A DNA stretch of 42,582 nucleotides, from contig NC_068981.1 of NCBI RefSeq assembly GCF_001194135.2, positions 131,372,326 through 131,414,907 of the forward strand, in the 5' to 3' direction. Positions 10,740 through 22,870 of this stretch are shown piece after piece. This DNA is from Octopus bimaculoides. Its lineage: Eukaryota. How positions within the stretch are numbered: the stretch's first letter is position 1; each line of letters starts with the position of its first letter. A program made the position numbers and the translations under genes. Below the pieces are notes generated by a model, which saw only the letters and a program-made list of their open reading frames with translations, was not told the DNA's origin and made no database searches.

Positions 10740-11180
10740 TCGTTTATTCTTTTACTTGTTTCAGTCATTTGACTGCGGCCATGCTGGAGCACCGCCTTAA
10801 AGGGTGTTAGTCGAACAAATTGACCCCAGAACTTATTTTTTGTAGGCCTAGTACTTATTCTATCGATTATTTTTGCCAAACCGTTAAGTTACGAGGACAT
10901 AAACACACGAGCATCGGTTGTCAAGTGATAGGGAGGGGGGTCGACAAACACAGACACACCCACAAATATATATACATACACACACACGCACATATATATA
11001 TACTGTATATAAACAACAGGGTTCTTCCAGTTTCCGTCTACCAAATCCATTCACAAGGCTTTGGATGGCCCGAGGCTATAGTAGAAGACACTAGCCCAAG
11101 GTGGTACGCAGTGGGACTGAACCCGGAACCATACAGTTGGGAAGCAAGCTTCTTACCGCACGGCCACACCTGCGCCTATA
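10740..11180 (-). mobile_element. Full-length family C SINE
   Basis: Head ...cggccacacctgcgcctata at 11180, internal AT/AC tract, 3' end cttttacttgtttcagtcatttgactgcggccatgctggagcaccgcc. Confidence 0.93.
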
Positions 11181-11390
11181 CTCTTTTACTTGTTTCAGTC
11201 ATTTGACTGTGGTCATGCTGGAGCACCGCCTTTAGTCGAGCAAATCGACCCCAGGATTTATTCTTTGTGAGCCTAGTACTTATTCTATCGGTCTCTTTTT
11301 GCCGAACCGCTAAGTTACGGGGACGTAAACACACCAGCATCGGTTGTCAAGCGATGGTGGGGGGACAAACACAGACACACAAACATACAT

Positions 11391-11452
<62 letters not shown>

Positions 11453-11617
11453 GACGGGCTTCTTTCAGTTTCCATCTACCAAATCCACTCACAAGGCTTT
11501 GGTTGACCCGCGGCTATAGTAGAAGACACTTGCCAAAGGTGCCACGCAGTGAGACTGAACCCGGAACCATGTGGTTGGTAAGCAAGCTACTTACCACACA
11601 GCCACTCCTTCGCCTAT
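11181..11617 (-). mobile_element. Full-length family C SINE, head-to-tail with the previous copy
   Basis: Same structure; begins directly after 11180; internal (CA)n(TA)n. Confidence 0.93.
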
Positions 11618-12020
11618 GCCACACAGCCAAGAGTCGGTAAACTACCACAAATTAATGCGTGTTAATTCTCACAATTATTTGATTGTTGTTAGACTTCATT
11701 TAGTAAAGATCAGAGATACTTTTCACCCGCCGGAATACGAAAAGACATTGCGAAGAACAGGCATGAACTATTTAAATCACTGAAAGGAAATCTTTCATTT
11801 ACTTTCTGCCATCAGCATCTTATTGACCAATTTAGCGAAATGATGTCTTCTAAAGAATAATAATTTAATAATCGAAGAGAGGAACTCTGCTTTCCAGTTG
11901 TTTAAGTTTAGGAATGTCTTCTAGAGTATTTTAGCTCCAGGTCAGCCTTGATTGAGCTTAGCTATGATCAAATGTTCCAACCATGGTCATCCCGCCGACT
12001 TTTTTTTCAAGCATAATGTA

Positions 12021-12187
12021 CATAGGCGCAGGCGGTGCTGTGTGGTAAGTAGCTTGCTTCCCAATCACATAGCTCTGGGTTCAGCTCCGCTGCATGGCAC
12101 CTTGGGCAAGTGTCAGCTACTATACCTCCGGGCCGACCAAAGCCTTGTGAGTGGATTTGGTAGACAGAAACTGAAAGAGGCTTATCG

Positions 12188-12253
<66 letters not shown>

Positions 12254-12432
12254 GTCTCTCAGCACCTCTTGACAACCGCTGTTGATTTATTTGCCTCCTC
12301 GTAACTTGGCGGTTTAGCAAAAATGAGACCGATAGAACAATTACTAGGCTCTAAGGTGAGTACTGACGTCGATTTCTCGACTGAAATCACTCAAAAATAT
12401 GCCTCAGCATGACCGCTGTCTAGTGACTGGAA
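12021..12432 (+). mobile_element. Family C SINE, full length, internal (GT)n
   Basis: cataggcgcaggcggtgctgtgtggtaagtagcttgcttccc...cagcatgaccgctgtctagtgactg. Confidence 0.88.
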
Positions 12433-12451
12433 TTTATATCTTTATCTTTCA

Positions 12452-12586
12452 AATGCTGCCGAAGTCAACTTTGCCTTTTATCCTTTCGCAGTCGATAAAA
12501 TAAGTACCAGTTAAGCACTGGGGTCAATGTAATCGACAAGCCCTCTCCCACAAAATTTCAGGTTTTGTGCCTATTGTAGAAAGGAT
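12452..12586 (+). mobile_element. 5'-truncated family B SINE
   Basis: Core gtcgataaaataagtaccagtt...ctggggtc and tail aatttcaggttttgtgcctattgtagaaagg. Confidence 0.8.
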
Positions 12587-13994
12587 CTAGTTTTATTTGT
12601 TTCGAGTTCAATCGTCCCCAAAACAAGAATTATTTTCATTACTTATTTCATCGACCTTGTAGTTGGTATAAGCCATCGAAGTTGTTCAGTCCTAGCCATC
12701 CCCATAACCCTCTTTTAGTACGATAACTATTTTGTTAAGGGTAACAATGGGAGGAGAGGCGGTGAGCAAATTACAAGAGATCAGTGATCTGATCTTGTAT
12801 AGTAACACTCAGAACTGTCGCTCTCTAAACATGAATGATACACATTTGTCTGGTGCTTTGTCTCACACCAACAACCTTGTCTAGACACGCTTCATTTACT
12901 GTATTACATTTCACGACCGTTGTAAACAAAAACTTAAAACAACAGACACAACAACAAACGCGTTGATGACGGCAACGACCTTTGCAAACAAAAGACTTCA
13001 AATTGAATTTATGAGTTGTGACAGCGAGCAGAGTAAATTTAACGAGTCTATTATTCAAAACATATAAACTACTATACATTCCAACGTGTTGACGGAAGTA
13101 TTTTATTTAAGAACTTCTACGATGCATAATTTATTAGTTTCAATTGAAAGAGGTTGCCTTCTCTTATTTTTTTATAGGTTTATTTATATATTTATTTATT
13201 ATTATTTTTATTTTTAAGTTGAATACAAAGATAGGAAATGTTATAATTTCATAACGAAGTCGTCACTGAATTTTAAAACATCGTTTCACATCCGCGAAAC
13301 AAAGACGTCTGCTTTTATTGTATTTTTTCTATTCTTTCCTCTTTTTTTTTTTTACTATTTTTCTTTCTTTTCTCCCAGTATTCTTTTCTTATTTATTTAT
13401 TTATTCTTTTATCATTTGACACGGCCAACGCCTGTGTCATTTATACACGAATTGCAAAAGCTATCTAGTTGGTTTAGGGAAAGGCTACTTACTTATGTAT
13501 TGAATGTTCAATTATAAAAAGGCCAACACCCAATAACTGCGTATGTAGACAAGAAGATATGATTACATTTGAATTCGCGTCGTATTCATTTCCCGACGCT
13601 GTTCACGCAGACGTTCAGCCAAGCTTACAGTTCTGGTTTCAAACCTTATAAAGAAACTCTCATTCGATCTATATACCTTCCCCCTCTCTCACTCTTTCTC
13701 TCTCTCTCTTTTCAGCTCAATCTATTCAACTAATGAAATCTAGTCCACATGAATCTTAAAAGCATTCGTGTTCATAATATAATTAATTATTGATAAGAGA
13801 GGGTAAATGGACAGATAAGGTGGAGAATAGAAATAAATTACTTTGACATTTTGCTTCTCTTTCTTTCTTTTTTTCTTTCTTTCATCCCATTCCGATCGAT
13901 AAAACAAGTACACCCTCAAATAATATAAGCCCCCAATCATCGAACCGCAGCAAATCTGTGACTCTGTACGAATCTAATAAACCGTTTATGATTT

Positions 13995-14145
13995 TTTCTA
14001 CTACAGGCACAAGGCCTGTAATTTTGGGGGTGTGAACTAATCATTTCCATCGACCCCATTGTACAGCTTGTACTTATTTTACCGAGCCCGAAAGGGTGAA
14101 AGGCAGATTCGACTATAGCGAAATTTGAATTCAGAATGTAAAACT
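13995..14145 (-). mobile_element. Degenerate family B SINE
   Basis: ttctactacaggcacaaggcctgtaattttgggg...aaatttgaattcagaatgtaa. Confidence 0.75.
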
Positions 14146-14362
14146 AGAATCTATTAGTGATTTGTCACGATGTAGGAGGCCATGTTCAGTAAGTCCGTCA
14201 AAAAACAAAAGGTAAAACGACTCGTGTCACCTTGAACTTACTTTCATCTGACATATCCACTGTATATACCGACCTCCACCAAAATTGTTGTAACGCAGCT
14301 ACCCCTAAAATACCGGGGCAGTATACACGCATTTCTACAGTATTTTGTCAGTGTATACATAC

Positions 14363-14410
<48 letters not shown>

Positions 14411-14479
14411 CAAATAATATGTGAGTATATGCATATATATACGTACATGTATGTACAAACCTACATCTACATGTATATA

Positions 14480-14720
14480 TAGATGCATAGCTGGGTACAG
14501 GGCGTCACAAAAAAAACGTGGACAAAATGAAAAACAGAACATAAACAGAGCACAGAAAACAAACAGGCCACATAGAGAATATTTCCTTCATCAGCTGCCC
14601 CTATTCTAAACTAAGCGTTTCGAAGAATTAGGGCAGGATGCATGGTTAGAATAGTTCTTCCCGCAGAAACAAATTAAATTAAATTTGTAATTCGGAGGAA
14701 CAGTGGCAAACAGAAAACAC
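14480..14720 (-). mobile_element. Unclassified interspersed repeat, probably a Penelope-type terminal repeat fragment
   Basis: Contains CGAAACGC and CTGATGA boxes around a 13-bp hairpin; sits next to an AT microsatellite. Confidence 0.35.
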
Positions 14721-14730
14721 GACAGTAAAT

Positions 14731-14955
14731 ATATATTCTTTTATTTGTATCAACAAATTGACTGCACCCATGCTGGAGCACTGCCTTATAGGAGGTTTGT
14801 GGAAGAAATCGATCCCAGGACTTATTCTTTGTAAGCCTAGTACTTATTTTATCGGTCATTTTTACCGAACTGTTAAGTTACGGGGGCTGTAAACACTTCA
14901 GCATCACTTGTTAATGATAGCGAGGGGACAAAATCAGACACAAAGACACACACAC

Positions 14956-15025
<70 letters not shown>

Positions 15026-15075
15026 GCGACGGGCTTTCAGTTTCTGTTACTAAATCCACTCACAAGGCTCTGGTC
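14731..15075 (-). mobile_element. Family C SINE lacking its head, internal (GATA)n
   Basis: 3' module atgctggagcactgcc..cctagtacttatt..gttaagttacgggg; then gcgacgggctttcagtttctgttactaaatccactcacaaggc. Confidence 0.85.
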
Positions 15076-15404
15076 ATTTTACATCTATACTACACCTGGT
15101 CACTGAACATTACTGACCCTATTCTTTCGCAACTATGTGGGATCTATTATATATTAATCCAGTTTTGATTTTGATTTTCTGATTGAGTTAAGCACAAAAG
15201 AAACAAAAAGTTTAATCAACTGAAATGATAAACAAAACTTAATACTAGTCGTTCATTTGAGCTCCTCAAGATAAATTGATATTGCAGAATCATAGCTACG
15301 CGGTCTTATTGCTACGTATCCAGGCTAAAAGAAAACAAAGAACATTTTAAAGCTGAGAGCCGTTCAAGAATCTGGAATTTTGCATTTAGAATTCAGACAA
15401 ATGG

Positions 15405-15810
15405 ACAGTCAGTAGAGTATCGGCAGAATGCTTTGCGCTATCTATCTTGATACCCTACATGCTGAGTTCAAATCACGCCAAGATTAACTTTGCCTTTCAT
15501 CCTTTACAAGTCGGCAAAAGAAACTTACCAGTCTAAGGCAGTGGATTGATGAAATTGTAACAGCGTCGGACCGGATGTTTTGTGGTATTTGTTCTGAGTC
15601 TATGTCTTCTGAAGTTCAGATCCTACAACAGCTTATTGCGGAGAGTTGGCAGAATCGTTAGCATGCCGTCGGTCCTGACGTTCAAATTCGGCCGAGATCG
15701 ACTCTGCCTGTCATCCTTTCGGTGTCGATAAAACAAGTACCAGTTGAACACTGGGGATCGATGATGTCGATTTACCTCTTCTCTTGAAATTGCTGGCCTT
15801 GTACCATGGG
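15405..15810 (+). mobile_element. Cluster of old family A/B SINE fragments (about 15405-15560 and 15640-15810)
   Basis: B boxes gctgagttcaaatc and cgttcaaattcggccgagatcgac; core gtcgataaaacaagtaccagttgaacactgggg. Confidence 0.7.
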
Positions 15811-16167
15811 AATACTGCCAACAAATGAAACTTCATGAATACTTTTAGCGGAATTCACTTTGTTACCAGTATTCGAAGCAGATTTCCTATTTGACGATAC
15901 ATTCATTCTTCCCTTCCATCAGTCTCTTAGGTCCTGTAATGGATAACGGGCACTGCCTTCCCTACCAACAAAAAGACAAAAAAGGGCAAGTATCCAAAAA
16001 GATCATACATTAGATTACAAAACTTCCGCTTACGAATACATTATATGTAAAGGCGATAGATTGGCAGTCATCAGAGAGTCAGAGTGCTTTTGCAGTAATT
16101 GTTGCGGCTCTCAGCGTTGCCTTTTATCCTTTTGGGGTCGATAGAGTACTAGGAGTTGATTCTATTC

Positions 16168-16241
<74 letters not shown>

Positions 16242-16679
16242 ATATTGGCTGCGTTCAGACCTGGAGAGGAATAGCATCCGCCAGATTCATATATTCAAGA
16301 CACCGTATATCACAAGAGCATTCCTATTAATCTATTAAAGCTGAGGACGCCATCACTCATCATTCCACATANNNNNNNNNNNNNNNNNNNNNNNNNNNNN
16401 NNNNNNNNNNNNNNNNNNNNNNNNNNNNNNNNNNNNNNNNNNNNNNNNNNNNNNNNNNNNNNNNNNNNNNNNNNNNNNNNNNNNNNNNNNNNNNNNNNNN
16501 NNNNNNNNNNNNNNNNNNNNNNNNNNNNNNNNNNNNNNNNNNNNNNNNNNNNNNNNNNNNNNNNNNAAAAAAAATTCACATTCCGCTTGAAATTTGAAAG
16601 GATTCGTTCTTTCTGGAGCCAGAATGAAGACATGTTCCGCCTCTCGGTGGCACTGTTGCAGGTTGCAAAAGCATCAGAA

Positions 16680-18500
16680 ATGGGTACAGTGCCCTGTTGT
16701 GATAGAAGCAAGTGTACGGCGGCCAGGTGTGATAAAGGTAAGTATTTAATGGTCAGGTGTAGTGAAGGTAGATGCTTGGTGGCAAGGTATTGTAGAGGAA
16801 GGTGTACAGATATCAGGTAAGATAGAAATAAGTGTTGAGTGACCAGTTGAGATGGAGGTTGATACTCAGTGGCCAGGTGTTGTCAGGGAGAGGAGTGCAG
16901 TGGTCACGTATGATGGAGATAAGTGTACACACCCCTACCTCCAAAAAAAATTAACATTTGTGTATGGCATTGGAGTCAATAGTTTTTTCTAATTCTGCAT
17001 TTGATTTTAATACTTTTAATATCTTTACCCTTTTGAGACACCGTGTTTTGATATGTGTAACCCAAAATACCAATTTCTCTTTTTCTATTGAGATACATCA
17101 ACTGAAAGGCGATCTAACGTTCTGAAGTGTAATAGTCCTTTCAGCTTGTATCACATGGCCGATCAATCCACCAGAGTGTCCCAAGAGGGTTAAAAGAAGC
17201 TAAACGGGATGTGGGAAACCATTTAGCATGTACTTACTGCTTATTTTAATAGACAGAATATCCTAAGTTTTCATTGTTTACAAAGTAAAGCAGAGATAGG
17301 TCAAACTCTCACTAAATATGACTAAACTGAAAATTGACCAAAAGCGCTTATGCATCTCTTTCTTCCCAGGCAGCATATTATCCTTCAAAAGGAGGAGGAC
17401 GGGTTCCGAATTAGTTTTCTTGTCACTGAATGCTAAAAAGGATTGTAAAATATTCTACTTGTACTCTTCTTCAGAGAATCAACACTGTACCTGACGAAAA
17501 CTTGTTGTATGAGTAGGAGTACAGTGGCCTGGTATGATAGAGATAAATCTACTGTGGGTAGGTGTGACGCCGGCAGGTATTCAATGACCAACTGTTTTAA
17601 GGGAAGTGACCAGCTGTTTTAGGGGTAGTGTACAGTGACTTGTGTAGTGGAGATGAGTGTAGTGATGGGTGAGATGAGTGTAGCCGGGTGTGATGGAGAT
17701 AGATTCACAGTGGTCAGGTGTTGCAAGGATAGCTGTACAATGATCAGATAATTTGGCGATAAGTTTACATTGCTTGTGAGTGTTTGAAGTTAGTATATGG
17801 AAAGCAAATGTGGTACAGGTAGATGTACAGAAATCAAGTGTGATACAAGTAAGTACACGGTGGTTATGTATGTGGAACTTAGTATACAGTAATGAGGCAC
17901 AGAAGAGTCGATGTGCAATGTTCATATATGGTAAAGGAAAGTGTACAGTGGCTAGGTGTGACAAGATCGGTGTGTGGTCAGGTGTGTTAGAGGTAAGAGT
18001 AAAGTAGTTAAGTGTTTTGAAAGCTGGTGTACAATGATTAGACGTGGTAGAAGAGAGTATTCAGTGACTTGGTATGTTGAAGGTAATGTTTATTCAGAAC
18101 AGGTGTGATAGAAGTATGTTTACTGTGAACAGGTGTGATGGCAATGTATTCACTGTGAACATATGCGGTGGATGTAGGTGTTTGATCAGGTGTGATGGAG
18201 GTGTTGTAAATATGTGTAGAGTGTACAGTAAGTAGGGGTGGTGGGAGAAAACTTACAGCTGTTAAATATGACGGTGGTAGAACTACACGGTTGCTATGCG
18301 TGGTAGAGGTAGGAGTACAATGACCAGACATGATGGCAATATGAGTACGATGACCAGGTGTTTTGGAAATAAGCGTACAGTAACTGGATGTGGTGGAGGT
18401 AAAGAGTACATTGCTCAAACGTGGGAGAGATACGGTGGTGGTGGGGGGGGGCGCTGTGAAGTTAGTTGTTCTCAGGTATTGGTAAGGGATGGAGAGGTAA
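16680..18500. repeat. Old, diverged 30-bp minisatellite (consensus about AAGTGTACAGTGGCCAGGTGTGATGGAGAT) in two blocks, 16680-16930 and about 17515-18500
   Basis: Consecutive 30-mers from 16710: aagtgtacggcggccaggtgtgataaaggt / aagtatttaatggtcaggtgtagtgaaggt / agatgcttggtggcaaggtattgtagagga; same motif at 17939. Confidence 0.85.
17028..17189. mobile_element. piggyBac-type MITE (162 bp)
   Basis: CCC...GGG ends, 14-bp TIRs (12/14), flanks TTTA and TTAA, internal inverted repeat gatacatcaactgaaagg / cctttcagcttgtatc. Confidence 0.8.
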
Positions 18501-18619
18501 GTAGTTTTGATGGAGGTGTATGTCATTATGTTATAGTAATAAAATTTACCACAAAAATAATTTATTGGCGTCTAGACGTATCGATTGAAGCCGAAAATAA
18601 CCCTTCGGATGTTACCGCC

Positions 18620-18902
18620 GTTATTATTATTGTTGTTGTTGTTGTTGCTAGAGGTTGTGGTGGTGGCGACGGTGGTGGCGATGGTGGTGGTGTAGCTGCA
18701 ACTATTAATGTACTACTAATACTCCTATTACTACTACTACTACTACTAGTAGTAGTAGTAGTAGTAGTAGTGGTTTTTGTTGGCGTTCTAATTGTTGTCG
18801 ATGTCGTCATCGTAGTCGTTGTTGTCTTTGCGGGTAATACGTAGTTGTTGTTGTTGGTGCTGCTGCTGCTGCCACTGTAATTGTTGTTGAAATTGCCTGT
18901 CA

Positions 18903-18933
<31 letters not shown>

Positions 18934-18955
18934 AAGAAGAAGAAGAAGAAGAATG

Positions 18956-19005
<50 letters not shown>

Positions 19006-19058
19006 CATTATTATTATTATTATTACTACTACTACTACTATTACTACTACTACAATTA

Positions 19059-19098
<40 letters not shown>

Positions 19099-19187
19099 CA
19101 TCATTACTGTTCAAAAAACTGGGTGTGGTTTGGTTAGAGGTGTGTGATATTACTGGTAGTGCTGTCACTGGAAGTGTCAGGTTGTTG

Positions 19188-19219
<32 letters not shown>

Positions 19220-19265
19220 GATGGCGGCGGCGGCGGCGGTGGCGGTAGGAATGATAATGAATGAT
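18620..19265. repeat. Large compound trinucleotide microsatellite (GTT, GGT, CTA/TAG, GCT, AAG, AAT/ATT, GCG)
   Basis: Directly visible; accounts for the homopolymeric ORFs in the track. Confidence 0.95.
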
Positions 19266-19354
19266 ATTAGATGTGATGATGGTATACAAGTGTTTATTGG
19301 TGTTATTAATGACATAGTGTTAGTTAATGATACAGTGTTAATAACATCTAAGGC

Positions 19355-19830
19355 AGAAAAAAAAATTGCTAAGTCGTTATAGCGTCGGGTAGAATATCCA
19401 GTGTTATTTGTTCCAGTTCCTTACTTTCTGAGTTCAATTCCCGCCGAGGATGACTTTAACTGTCACCCCTTACGGGGTCGATAAAATGAATACCAGTTGA
19501 ACACTGGGGTCGATGCAATTGACTACACCCTTACCCCCAAATTTCAGGCGCTGTGCCTTCATCAGAAATAATTATTTAAGGCAGCGAGATAGCAGGTTCG
19601 TTACCGCACCGAACAAAATAATTAACGGTATTTGTTCTGGCTCTTTATGATCTGAGTTCAAATGTCGCCGAGGTTGACTTTGCCTTTTATTCTTAAGGGG
19701 TCGATAAAATATGCAACAGTTGAGCACCGGAAATCGATGCAATCGACTAGTCCGCTCCCTACATATTTCAGACCTTGTGCCTATAATACAAAGGGTTGAG
19801 GTCGACTTTGCCTTTTACCCTTTCAGTATC
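19355..19830 (+). mobile_element. Two tandem family B SINEs (about 19355-19572 and 19577-19797) plus a short core fragment
   Basis: Each has aaggcag.., ctgagttcaa, ggggtcgataaaat and tail atttcag..cttgtgcct. Confidence 0.8.
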
Positions 19831-20924
19831 GATATAATAGAAGGGAGCAATTCAGGGCGGTAGATTGGCAGGATTGCTTGAACATCAATGGATGGATTGC
19901 ATTGCGGTATGCAGTATTTATTTCTGCCTTTTGTGCGCTCTGGCAGCAACGCCTATGATGACTTTGATATCAGACTGGCTAATCGCGACACCAGCGCATG
20001 TCCTGGCACCGTTTTTCTATATATCACTGGCGGGAAGATGAGTTGCTGCTTTCTCTTGCGGGTGAGCGTCTATCATTGATAAGACCAAGGAAGGTTGAAA
20101 TCACATGATCTGGTTGTCAAATTGCTGGAGATGGAGGAGATTTATCTTCCCGCAAGCAATATAAACAAGAGTGCATTTTGCACCATGTACCAATGTGAGG
20201 GTTTCTCTTATGGTATCTATCGCAGTATAGTCTTTTCTAATAGAACATTTACATTTAAGTGGGGATAAATACTACCTCTTGGTATTAATACCGCCTCTGA
20301 CGCTAATGTATACTTATAAGCTTTATGTTTCCTTGGACAATATCAATGACGCGGTAAAAGAAAGACTTGCATAGGTAACTACCCATCTCTCACAAAAACC
20401 GTGACTAGGTTTGCATCTCCGTTTTGCAGAGGAACTCTCCAGGTACAGAAACTCATGGTCAACTATGACCATACTCTTTATTATCATTCATTTTTTTTTT
20501 TATCTTACATGTGTTTTAGTCACTGGTGTAGTTTGTTTATGTTCTGCAAATGAACCCTATATGCTAAGTTTCGCACTTAACGAAAATAAATCCTGGAGTT
20601 GATTTGTTCCACTAAAACCATTCAAGGTTGTGATCCAACATGGTTGCAGTATAATGACTGAGTATTCTACATACTGATGCGTTCCCATGTCTCTAAAACA
20701 AAATAAATAACGAATCTTTAACTTTGTGCTTCCTTACCTTTTCCTTATGAAATTTATTTAAATGAATTTTCTCCTCGGACCTCTCAGTAAATTACTGTTT
20801 TTATGGACCATCAGCTATCTCTGCGGGAACCACGTTAGGAATCACAATCTAAGCTAAGTGAAATACTTCAGAATTTTTGCTCTTATTTCAATTTTTTGGC
20901 CTAATGTGTAATAATTCCTTTAAC

Positions 20925-21418
20925 CAGGTGTCCCCAAACACTAGGCCGCGGACCAGTACAGAACCGTGGATCATTTGGTACCGGGCAGCAAAGAAAGAAT
21001 AAATTTATTAATTTTATATCTGTTTTACTGATTATAACAATATGCAAGGCGTTTTTGCATTATTCAGTGTGGGTCAAAAGTCACGCACAAAATAAGTTCA
21101 ACACACTCCGGAATTGTCAAAGGCATTCAATTTTTCTAAAATTGAATATAAATAAATAAAATAATGATGAATACACAAGTACTTGTACATGATGGACAAA
21201 ATGAATGATAATAACGTAATATAAATAAAATGTCAAATGTTTTGGTGCATACTTATGGCCCGCCCTATATATGTCTTATATATGTTATTATATATATAAT
21301 AATTAAATTATATGTTATAGACTTTATTGTGTTTTTGTGATGAGCACGTTACTCTGGTCTGTGGAGAAATTGTGTTGCATAAAACCAGTCTGTGATGCAG
21401 AAAGAATGGGAACCGTTG
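20925..21418 (+). mobile_element. hAT-Charlie-like MITE containing a nested Tc1/mariner-type MITE (21065-21267)
   Basis: Ends caggtgtccccaaac / gaatgggaaccgttg, weak 8-bp TSD cctttaac/tcctaaac; inner TIRs cagtgtgggtcaaaagtcacgcac / gtgcatacttatggcccgccctata. Confidence 0.65.
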
Positions 21419-22660
21419 TCCTAAACCATTTCTTTCTTTCTTGGTGTTACTTCGAACATCCAAAGCTCCCATTGTTTCGTATTCCTATTATTAAATTCAC
21501 TGCCTATCCTTAACACGTTTTTTTATTATTCTATGTTATTCCTATATTATTATGTTATTCTCTGTTCCCTTTCCACTCCACATAACTCTGTCTTGACTTC
21601 AATTCATTCCGTCTTTGTTTATCCAACTAGGATTGATTACCAGTCAAGCTTCGTATCTCCTTAAATAACGAACTTTTAACTAAAGCACGTGTTGACTGCC
21701 CAACTACCGCCTTCCCTCACCTCCACCATCAATCACCTTAGCTGAACGTCTGCTTTGTTCCCAATTCTGTGAACCTGTTTTTAATTTATGGTAAAGTGGG
21801 TGCTTGCGTAGTTAATGTTGTGAACCAAAACATTTTAATTAATTAAAAATACACCTGTGGTGATGTGAAAATGCATTAATTTAATGAATAAGATGGTCAA
21901 GAAAGGTAGGGGAAATCTTAGGGTTTTATATTAATTAAAAGCAGAATGCGGTGACGAGTAAGTCTCAACTTTGGCTGCACAGGGACAATTCTGGGCGTGT
22001 TTTGGTCTCATTAAATCTCATCAGTGAAGCATAGACTAATCGTTATCGCAGATCTTAGAACGACTAGAGCTATATCACATTTTAGTGAATTAACAGTGAG
22101 TGGTGTGATTATTTAAAATAATGACGAGAGGAAATACCTAGGGGCACCTGCTGCATGGAACACAAATAACAAAGTGAGCACTAACATACTTAATGAGTCA
22201 AGAAATACAGATTAATTAGAATTACACGTATAACGATGAGAAAATATCTTAATGATTAATTTCGGTTAAGAAAGGCGTATAGATTAAAATTAAGTAAAAA
22301 TGGAAGGTAGTAGTGTCTCAGTTTGATTTTTGGCAGTATGGCAAAATCTCTGGGCGTGATTCAGTCGTATTAGACCTTGAGGCATAGTCTCAGTATTGTC
22401 TCCAGACTCCAGATCATTGAATGACCTGACAGAATATAGAGGATTTGGGTAAATGAATACGCAATGATTATTGTTTTATCATACTGATTGGTATGATAAT
22501 TTTAAAAAAGTGACTGGTGATGGACGGGGAGAATATTCAAATCGACTGCAGCAGGAAACACAAAGACAAGTAGACACTCAATACTTAGGGGGTCGTGAAG
22601 TTTTAATTGATCAAAATTACACCCGTAGCGATGACAAAATATCAATATATTAATTATTAA

Positions 22661-22870
22661 TAAAGTAGCGAGTTAACTGAATCGTTAGCACGCTCGGACG
22701 AAATACTTGGCGACATTTCGTCCGCCTTTACATTCTGAGTTCAAATTCCACCGCGGTCCATTTTTCCTTTCATCGTTTCGGGATCAATAAACTAAATACC
22801 AGTTGAATACTGGGGTCGATGTAATTGACTTATCCTCTCCCTTGAAATGCTGGCTTTGTGCCAAAATTTT
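22661..22870 (+). mobile_element. Family B SINE
   Basis: aaagtagcgagttaactgaatcgttagcacg...ctgagttcaaattcc...ctggggtcgatgtaattgac...gctggctttgtgcc. Confidence 0.85.

Noticed and set aside
14242-14304. 63-nt minus-strand exon candidate (GVAALQQFWWRSVYTVDMSDE)
   Set aside because: Splice sites are acceptable, but the peptide is unrecognised and the context looks like a transposon 5' region; insufficient support.
16567-16680. Possible LINE 3' end (LSNFKRNVNF, minus strand) next to a gap
   Set aside because: Only one short motif, abutting N-bases; too little evidence to call.
16680-18500. CRISPR-like array
   Set aside because: Units are contiguous with no unique spacers, are highly diverged, the context is eukaryotic and there are no cas genes.
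19888-20280. GC-richer stretch with short ORFs on both strands
   Set aside because: All frames are interrupted and no motif was recognised; probably a very old transposon relic but unassignable.
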